DNA of 64,000 nucleotides from Solirubrobacterales bacterium (lineage in GTDB: Bacteria; Actinomycetota; Thermoleophilia; Solirubrobacterales; JBBDJG01): positions 22,003 to 86,002 of the forward strand of contig JBBRDT010000001.1 of assembly GCA_038203635.1 (NCBI GenBank), given 5' to 3'. Under the pieces are notes generated by a model, which did no database searches, was not told where the DNA came from, and saw nothing but the letters and a program-made list of their open reading frames with translations. Shown one piece after another: positions 1 through 8,500 of the stretch (the stretch's first letter is position 1; each line of letters begins with the position of its first letter). A program made the position numbers and the translations under genes.

Positions 1-1
1 C

Positions 2-478
2 GAGGCCCTCAATCCCTCTGACCCGGCACTGCTGCGCGTGGCCGCTCCGCCGGACCCGGAACAGCTGCGCGGCAACGTCCAGAACGATCTGAATGCACTT
101 TTCCTGCTCCTCGGGGGCGTGTCGCTGCTGGTGGGCGCGCTGGGGATCGCCAACGTCACCCTCGTCTCGGTGCTGGAGCGCGTGGGCGAGATCGGGCTGC
201 GCCGGGCGCTGGGGGCAGCGCGCCGCCACATCGCCGCGCAGTTCCTGATCGAGAGCACGGTGATGGGGCTGCTGGGCGGCATCATCGGCACCAGCCTGGG
301 GATCCTGGTGGTGGTGCTCGTCGCGGCCAGCCGTACGTGGACTCCGGTGCTCGATCCGCTGATTCCTCTGGCGGCGCCGCTCGTGGGAGCGCTGATCGGA
401 CTGCTGTCCGGGACATACCCGTCGTTGCGAGCCGCGGCCATGGAGCCGGTCGAAGCGTTGCGAGCGGGCACAACTTAA
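2..478 (+). CDS. ABC transporter permease, FtsX/MacB-type, C-terminal part (5' end outside window)
   Basis: The frame is open from the window edge. The tail ...LGIANVTLVSVLERVGEIGLRRALGA..QFLIESTVMGLLGG..TYPSLRAAAMEPVEALR matches the last TM helices and closing motif of FtsX-family permeases. Confidence 0.8.
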   Translation, partial: EALNPSDPALLRVAAPPDPEQLRGNVQNDLNALFLLLGGVSLLVGALGIANVTLVSVLERVGEIGLRRALGAARRHIAAQFLIESTVMGLLGGIIGTSLGILVVVLVAASRTWTPVLDPLIPLAAPLVGALIGLLSGTYPSLRAAAMEPVEALRAGTT

Positions 479-558
479 CGCGACAAGACCCCGGATCACT
501 CGATATCTTCAAGCGGACTCAAGCGTCGGCAAGCGAGAAGGCAAAGGGGAGGAACTGA

Positions 559-1473
559 ATGGGCGTGCTGCGTCACCGGCTGCTGGTCATGGCGCTCATG
601 ACGATCGCGGCAATCGCGATCGCGGGGTGTGGCGGCGACGACAAGTCCGCCGAGACACCGCAGGAGCTCGAGGACACGCTCGGGTTCGGCGGCGACAACG
701 CCAAGGAGATCCAGGCGCGCGTCGAGAACCGGATCGGGGAGTGCATGCGGGCACAGGGCTTCGAGTACCAGCCCGTGGACCCGTTCGCAGCGCAGCAGGC
801 CGTCACCGGCAAGGCGCGCATCAGCGACGAGGAGTTCACCAAGCAGTTCGGCTATGGCATCAGCACGCTGTTCGGCAAGGGCAACCAGCAGTCCGATCCC
901 AACGAGCGGATCCGGACCAGCCTGTCGGTGGCCGATCGCGCCGCGTACGACCGCGCGCTCGGGGGTGACAACCCCGGCGTGACCTTTGCGGAGGCCGTCG
1001 ACTCGGGCGACTTCAGCGAGCTCGGCGGTTGCACCAAGGAGGCCAGCGACGCCTCGTTCGGGGGCGCCGCGGTGCTGAACTCGCTGGTCGAGCGGCTGGA
1101 CGGGCTCGACGAGCGCATCATCCAGGACCAGCGGATGGTGAAGGCCAACGAGAAGTGGTCCGCGTGCCTTCAGGAGAAGGGCTACCGCTACGAGGAGCCC
1201 GACGCGATCGACGAGGACCTGACCGAGCGCTTCAAGGCGATCGTCGGCGCCGGCGTCCGGCCCGGGACCTCCACGGTCCCGCCGGGAGCGAGCTTCGACC
1301 GTGCCGCCCTCACCGCGCTTCAGGAAGAGGAGGTCAGGATCGCGAACGCCGACCTCGACTGCGAGAAGCAGGAGATCGAGCCGGTGGAGCGTGCGGTGCG
1401 ACCCCAGTACGAGGAGCAGTTCCGCAAGGAGAACCAGCGGCTGCTCGCACGGGTGCGCCCGGCGAACCAGTAG
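559..1473 (+). CDS. secreted lipoprotein, unknown function
   Basis: ATG is preceded by GGGGAGG. Signal peptide plus lipobox (AIAIAGC|GG). Internal duplication of a C(M/L)xxxG(F/Y)xYxxxD segment. High GC3. Confidence 0.7.
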   Translation: MGVLRHRLLVMALMTIAAIAIAGCGGDDKSAETPQELEDTLGFGGDNAKEIQARVENRIGECMRAQGFEYQPVDPFAAQQAVTGKARISDEEFTKQFGYGISTLFGKGNQQSDPNERIRTSLSVADRAAYDRALGGDNPGVTFAEAVDSGDFSELGGCTKEASDASFGGAAVLNSLVERLDGLDERIIQDQRMVKANEKWSACLQEKGYRYEEPDAIDEDLTERFKAIVGAGVRPGTSTVPPGASFDRAALTALQEEEVRIANADLDCEKQEIEPVERAVRPQYEEQFRKENQRLLARVRPANQ

Positions 1474-1500
1474 TAGAGAACCCGTAGGGAGGGATCGGAC

Positions 1501-2388
1501 GTGCTGCGTTACAGAGTGGCGGCCGTGTTTGCGGCCATGATCGTGATCGTCCTGCCGCTGGCGCTCGGCGCCTGCGGAGGTGACGACGAGGCCCAGGCCA
1601 AGCCGGCGGTGCACACCGACTTCAACGCCGACAGCTTTTCCGACTCGACCAACATAGACAACAGGTACTCGCCGCTCGAGCCCGGGATGCAGTTCATCTT
1701 CGAGGGCCGTTCGAACCGGGGACTCGGCCGCCTTCCGCATCAGGCGATCTTTACCGTCACGGACCTGACGAAGGAGATCAACGGTGTGCGTACGGTCGTG
1801 CTGTGGGATCGCGACGTCAACGCCGGCAAGCTGCTGGAAGGCGAGCTGGCGATGTGGGCGCAGGACGACGACGGGAACGTGTGGCTGCTGGGTGAGTATC
1901 CGGAGGAGTACGACGAGCGTGGGCGGTTCGAGCAGGCGCCAGACACGTGGCTCGCCGGCATCGATCGCTCGCAGGCGGGAATCATGATGCGGGCGGATCC
2001 CAAGGCGGGAACGTCGCGCTACCGCCAGGGACTCGCGCCGGCGATCGGTTTCGCCGACGTGGCGCGAGTCGAGCAGACCGGTCAGCGGAACTGCGTTCCC
2101 ACGGGTTGCTACAAGGACGTCGTGGTCACGAGGGAGACGAATCCCGACGAGCCGGACGACGGCTTTCAACTGAAGTACTACGCCCCGGGAGTGGGGAACA
2201 TCCGCGCCGCACCGCGAGGCGGCAAGGAGAAGGAGATCCTCGTGCTGATCAAGGCGAGGAAGCTGAGCTCGAAGCAGATGGACGAAGTGCGCCGCGAGGC
2301 GATGAAGCTCGACAAGCGCGCCTACCGTACCCGGCCGGCCGTGTGGGGCGATACCACGCCGGCCGAGCGCGCGCCCGACTCGCAGTAG
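1501..2388 (+). CDS. lipoprotein of unknown family (paralog of 27803..28606)
   Basis: GTG start after GGGAGGGA. Lipobox LALGAC|GG. Shares the D(D/K)DGNVW(L/Y)LGE, YRQ and YYAxGVG segments with the minus-strand lipoprotein at 27.8 kb. Confidence 0.7.
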   Translation: MLRYRVAAVFAAMIVIVLPLALGACGGDDEAQAKPAVHTDFNADSFSDSTNIDNRYSPLEPGMQFIFEGRSNRGLGRLPHQAIFTVTDLTKEINGVRTVVLWDRDVNAGKLLEGELAMWAQDDDGNVWLLGEYPEEYDERGRFEQAPDTWLAGIDRSQAGIMMRADPKAGTSRYRQGLAPAIGFADVARVEQTGQRNCVPTGCYKDVVVTRETNPDEPDDGFQLKYYAPGVGNIRAAPRGGKEKEILVLIKARKLSSKQMDEVRREAMKLDKRAYRTRPAVWGDTTPAERAPDSQ

Positions 2389-2496
2389 TTCTCTCGCTCA
2401 CGAGCAGGATGTAAGTCTCCTACCAAAGTAGGTTGCTTTCGCCTGCTGGTTCCCAATAGGATCGTCCCAGCCGAGTGGATTCGGGGCACAAGGACG

Positions 2497-2517
2497 CTCG
2501 CGACAGGCTGTCGCGAG
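2497..2517. promoter_or_regulatory. perfect 10+10 bp palindrome upstream of the giant gene (candidate operator or leader hairpin)
   Basis: ctcgcgacag-g-ctgtcgcgag lies 25-40 nt upstream of the candidate starts at 2542/2557. Function cannot be shown from sequence. Confidence 0.2.
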
Positions 2518-2541
2518 AGCCGTGGGGCAGGGAGCAGCCGT

Positions 2542-5500
2542 TTGAGGCGATGCAGGATGCAAGGCAGGGTGCTGGGGGTGGCTACGTTGGTAGCGGTGGC
2601 CGCGCTTGCCCTGCTGCCCTCCGGTGCATCGGGGGTCTATGACGCGAAGCTGAAGCGCTACCCGTACCTGACCGACCTGGTCGGGACGTCGGTGATGGTC
2701 AATTTCGGTACCGACATCTCCTCGACGAGCGCGCTCGTGAAGTACGGGCCGGTGGGGAACTGCACCGCGAACACCGTCACCGCGACGCGCACGTTCATCC
2801 TCGTCAACGGCGTCTCCGAGTATCAGTGGAAGGGTCAGATCAGCGGTCTCGCGGCGAACACGCAGTACTGCTACCGCATCTTCTTCGGCAGCGCCCAGCT
2901 CGACCTGCTCGGCACGGACGCGAGCCCGATCTTCACGACCCAGATTGCGGCCGGGTCGAACTCGCCGTTCAAGTTTGCGGTCTTCGGCGACTGGGGCAAG
3001 GTCGGCGCAACCGGTAACCCCGACCAGGCGAACGTGCTTGCGCAGATCGCAGCGAGCGGCTCGCGTTTCGCGGTCACGACCGGGGACAACGCGTACGAGA
3101 CGGGCAGCCAGAAGGACTACGGGGACCTCTACCAGACCGGTGCCAACACGAGCGCGGTCTTCGGACCGAGCTTCTGGAAGGTGGCGGGCGCGTCACTGCC
3201 ACTCTTCGCGGCACCCGGCAACCACGACTACAACAACTCCACGATCCTCACGAACTGGCCTCAGGACACGGCCGCCTCCACGTCCGGCGGCCGCTATCAG
3301 ACCGATACGTACTGCTGCCAGAACGGCACGACGTCGGCCGACTACCCCAGCACCTGGTACGCGTTCGACGCCGGACAGGCCCGCTTCTACGTGCTGAACA
3401 CTGCGTGGGACGACACCAACGCCGGCACGACCACCGCGTTCAAGAACGACTTCGACAACCACTGGGGCCCCAATTCGCCGCAGTACCAGTGGCTTGCCAA
3501 CGACCTCGCCACGCACCCGAAAGCGCTGCGATTCGCCTTCTGGCACTACCCACTCAACTCCGACAGCAGCGAGGGCGGGCCCGACACCTACCTGCAGGGT
3601 GCCAACTCGCTCGAGGGGCTGCTGAAGACCTACGACGTGACGGCCAGCTTCAACGGGCATTCCCACAACTACCAGCGCAACACCGCGCCGCCCGGGGGCA
3701 TTCCGGCGCATATCACCGGCGGCGGTGGCGCGAACCTCGAGTCCATCGGTTCCACCAACGGTTGCGGCGCGCAAGACGCGTACGGCATCGGCTGGTCCAA
3801 CACGGCCAACGTGGGCAGCAGGTGCGGCGCCGCACCGACTCCCGCCACCAAGGACCGGGTGCACCACTTCTTGCTCGTGAGCGTGAGCGGCACGTCGGTG
3901 ACGGTCACCCCCACCGACGAGCTCGGGAGGACGTTCGACCCGATCACCTACAACGCACCGGCGCTCAACGCCAACCTGTCGCTGACGAACACCGACGCAC
4001 CCGACCCGGTGCTGGTCGGCCAGCAGGTGACCTACACGCTGACGGTCGGGAACGCGGGCCCGCGGGCCGCGACCGGAACCGTCGTCACGGACACGTTGCC
4101 CGCCGGGATGATCTTCGATTCGGCGACGCCGTCGCAGGGCACCTGCTCCCAGTCGGGGGTCACCGTCACCTGTCAGCTCGGCACGGTCGGCAACGGCGCG
4201 ACCCCAACCATCCAGATCAAGGGGCGGCCGCAATCCACGGGGACCATCAACAACTCGGCCACAGTCGCCTCGAACGTCAACGACCCCACCACCAGCAACA
4301 ACAGCGCGAGCGCGTCGACCGTCGTCAACCCGGCCGCCGACCTGGCCGTGACCAAGACGGGCTCTCCCGACCCGATCGCGGTCGGCACCCAACTCACTTA
4401 CACGGTCGGCGTCAGCAATGCCGGCCCCTCGAGCGCCACCGGCATCACCCTGACCGACACGCTGCCCGCGGGGGTGACGTACAACTCGGCCACGCCCACA
4501 CAGGGCAGCTGCTCGCAGGCGTCGGGCACGGTCACGTGCTCGCTCGGGACGCTGGCAAACGCAGCCAGCGCGAGCGTCTCGATCAAGGTCACGCCTCAGG
4601 CTGAAGGCTCGATCACGAACCAGGCCAACGTGGTCTCGCTGACCGGCGACCCGAACACCGCCAACAACGGGGCGAGCGCCGTGACGACCGTGAACCCGGC
4701 CGCGGACCTGGCCCTGACCAAGACCGATTCGCCCGATCCGGTGCTGGTCGGCCAGCAGCTCACCTACACGCTCACCACTCAAAATGCCGGGCCGTCTGGC
4801 GCGGCAGCCGTGCAGCTGACCGACACGCTCCCGGCCGGTGTGACTTTCGTCTCGGCTGTCCCATCGCAGGGCACATGCTCGCAATCGGCCGGCGTTGTCA
4901 CATGCTCGCTGGGAACGATCGCGAACGCCGCCAACGCCAGCGTCTCGATCAAGGTCACGCCGCAGTCCACGGGCTCGATCACCAACCAGGCGAGCGTCAC
5001 CTCCTCGGTCACCGACCCGAATTCCGCCAACAACACCGCGAGCGCCGCGACGCTTGTGAACCCGGTCGCCGACATGGTGGTGACCAAGACCGACTCGCCC
5101 GACCCGGTGCTGGTCGGCCAACCACTCACCTACACGGTCGGCGTTCAGAATTCCGGTCCGTCGAGCGCCACCAGCGTGTCGATGACCGACACGCTGCCGG
5201 GCGGGGTGACGTTCAACTCGGCCGTTCCCTCGCAGGGCAGCTGCTCGCAGGCGGCGGGCGTTGTCACCTGCCCACTCGGAACGATCGCAAGCGGCGCCGG
5301 CGCCAGCATCCAGATCACGGTCACGCCGCAGTCCACGGGCTCGATCACCAACCAGGCGAGCGCCTCGTCGAGCGTCAGCGATCCGAACTCGGCGAACAAC
5401 ACCGCCAGCGCGGCAACGCTCGTGAACCCCGCCGCCAACCTGTCGCTGACCAAGACCGATTCGCCCGATCCGGTCCTGCAGCGCCAGGAGCTGACGTACT

Positions 5501-8500
5501 CGCTCGGCGTGAGCAACGCCGGCCCCTCGAGCGCCACCAGCGTGGTCGTGACCGACACGCTGCCCTCGGGGGTCACGTACAACTCCGCCACGCCCTCCCA
5601 GGGCAGCTGCGCCAATAGCTCAGGCACCGTCACGTGCTCGCTCGGGACCATCGCCAACGGTGCAAGCGCCACCATCCAGATCAAGATCACGCCGCCGTCC
5701 ACGGGGTCGATCACGAACTCCGCAAGTGCCACGTCCGGGGTCAGCGATCCGACCCCCGCCAACAACTCTGCAAGCGCAAGTACCCTCGTGAACCCGGTCG
5801 CCGACCTGTCGATCACCAAGTCGGACTCGCCCGACCCGGTTTCCTCCGGCCAGCAGCTGACCTACACCCTCGCGCTCCAAAACTCCGGGCCCTCGGGCGC
5901 GACCGGCGTTACCGTCACCGACACACTTCCCGGCGGCGTGACGTACAACTCCGCCACGCCATCGCAGGGCACCTGCTCACAGTCGAGCGGCACGGTCACC
6001 TGCAACCTCGGCGCCGTGGCAAACGGCGCAAATGCGAGCGTGAGCATCGTGGTGACGCCCACCGGGGGAACCACGATCACCAACCAGGCAAGCGTGTCGG
6101 CCGCCACCGCCGACCCGGCCCTTGTCAACAACGCGTCCAGCGCGTCCACCACGGTCGATCCGATCGCCGATCTGAGCCTGACCAACTCGGACGCACCGGA
6201 CCCGGTGCTGTCGGGCAACGAGCTCACCTACACGCTCGGTGTTCACAACTCGGGCCCCGCGAGCGCGCCGAGTGCGTCTCTGAGCGACACCTTCCCGGCC
6301 GGGGTGACATACGTGTCCGCCACCACCACGCAGGGCAGCTGCGCCCGCTCGGGCAACACCGTTATCTGCGCGCTCGGCACGCTCTCCAGCGGCGCCGACG
6401 TGACCGTCACGATCAAGGTCAACACCGGCGCACCGGGAACGATCACGAATGACGCCACCGTCTTGTCCACGGCCACCGACCCAAGCTCCGGCAACAACTC
6501 GGCAAGCGCCGTCACGACCGTCAAGCCGGTCGCCGACCTCGCCTTGACGAAGTCCGATGCGCCGGACCCGGTGCTAGCGGGCCAGCTTCTCACCTACACC
6601 CTCGGGGTCTCCAACGGCGGCCCGCAGGACGCGCCCGGCGTGACGGTGACCGACACCCTGCCGGCCGGGGTGACTTTCGAATCCGCCACGCCGACGCAGG
6701 GCAGCTGCACCCAGTTGGCGGGCACGGTCACCTGCGCGCTCGGCACCGTGGCCAACAGCGGCAGCGCAAGCGTCGACGTCAAGGTCCGGCCGCAGAGCGA
6801 GGGGAGCATCACGAACCAGGCGAGCGTCACCTCCGGCGCAGGGGACCTGAACCCGTCGAACGACTCGGCAAGCGCGCAGACGACTGTCGATCCCGCCGCC
6901 GACCTCGAGCTCACCAAGACCGACTCAGCCGACCCGGTGTACTCGGGCGACGAGCTCACCTACACGCTGGCGGTCCACAACGCCGGTCCGTCGGCCACGA
7001 GCGGGGTCGCGCTGAGCGACACCCTGCCCGCGGGTGCCACGTACGTGTCCTTCACCGCCAGCCAGGGCAGCTGCTTCAGATCCGGAAGCTCGGTGCTCTG
7101 CTCGCTGGGAACGCTCGCCAATCAGGCAAACGCGACCGTCACGATCAAGGTCATAGCCCAGGCCGTGGGCACGCTAACCAACACGGCCAACGTCTTCGGC
7201 ATGAACGCGGACACGGACACCGCTGACAACGCGGCATCGGCCGACACGACCGTCAACCCGTCGGCGAACCTCTCGCTCACCAAGTCCGACTCGCCCGACC
7301 CGGTGGCGGCAGGCGAGCTGCTGACCTATTCGCTTGGAGTCCAGAATGCAGGGCCGCAGGCCGCGACGGGCGTGACGGTGACCGACACGCTGCCCGCCGG
7401 AGTGCTGTTCGAGTCGGCGACAGCGTCCCAGGGCGACTGCACCGAGTCGAGCGGCACCGTGACCTGCGCGCTCGGCACAGTCGCGAACGCGGGGAGCGCA
7501 AGCGTCGAGATAAAGGTGCGCCCGCAGGAAGGCGGCCAGATCACCAATCAGGCGACCGTCGACTCCGATCTCGAAGACCAGGTGCCGGGCAACAATTCGG
7601 CAAGCGCAGTGACGACCGTGGACCCGGCCGCCGACCTCTCGCTGACGAAGACGGACTCCCCCGACCCGGTGCTGGCCGGCGAGCTGCTCACCTACACCCT
7701 CGCCGTCCACAGCGCCGGGCCCTCGAGCGCCACCGCCGTGCAGGTCACCGACAACCTGCCGGCCGGGGTCACCTTCGACTCCGCCGACCCCACCCAGGGC
7801 ACCTGCACCGAGTCGAGCGGCACCGTGACGTGCGCGCTCGGCACGCTGGCCGGCGGGGCCGACGCGGGCGTCGAGATCAAGGTTCGTCCGCAGCAGGGAG
7901 GCTCCATCACGAACGAGGCGAGCGTCAGCTCGGCCGTTCAGGATCCGACCTCCTCGAACAACTCCGCGAGCGCGGAGACGACGGTGGTTCCGGCGGCCGA
8001 CCTCTCGCTCACGAAGACAGATACTCCTGATCCGGCGCTCGAGGACGAGCAGCTCACATACTTGCTGACCGTCCAAAACGCCGGGCCGCAGAGCGCAACG
8101 GGCGTTGCGCTCACCGACAACCTGCCGGCCGGCGTGACATTCGACTCCGCGACCCCGTCACAGGGCACCTGCTCCGAGTCGAGCGGCACGGTCACGTGCG
8201 CGCTCGGGACGATCGCCGACGAGGGCAGCGCGAGCGTCGAGATCAAGGTCACTCCACCGGACCCGGCGACGCTCACCAACGAGGCCAGCGTGAGCTCCGA
8301 CCTGGCGGATCCGGATTCGGCCGACACCACCGCAAGCGCCGAGACCACGGTGCGACCCGTCGCCGACCTCGCACTGACGAAGTCCGACGCTCCGGACCCG
8401 ATCCTGGCGGGCGAGGAGCTCACCTACACCCTGACCGTGGACAACTCAGGGCCACGCAGCGCCACCAGCGTGCAGCTCACCGACACCCTGCCCGCCACGG

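Noticed and set aside
496-2169. 557-aa minus-strand ORF overlapping two plus-strand lipoprotein genes
   Set aside because: The translation is Arg/Gly/Leu/Val-rich and domain-less, typical of the antisense frame of high-GC genes. The plus-strand genes have lipoboxes and RBSs.
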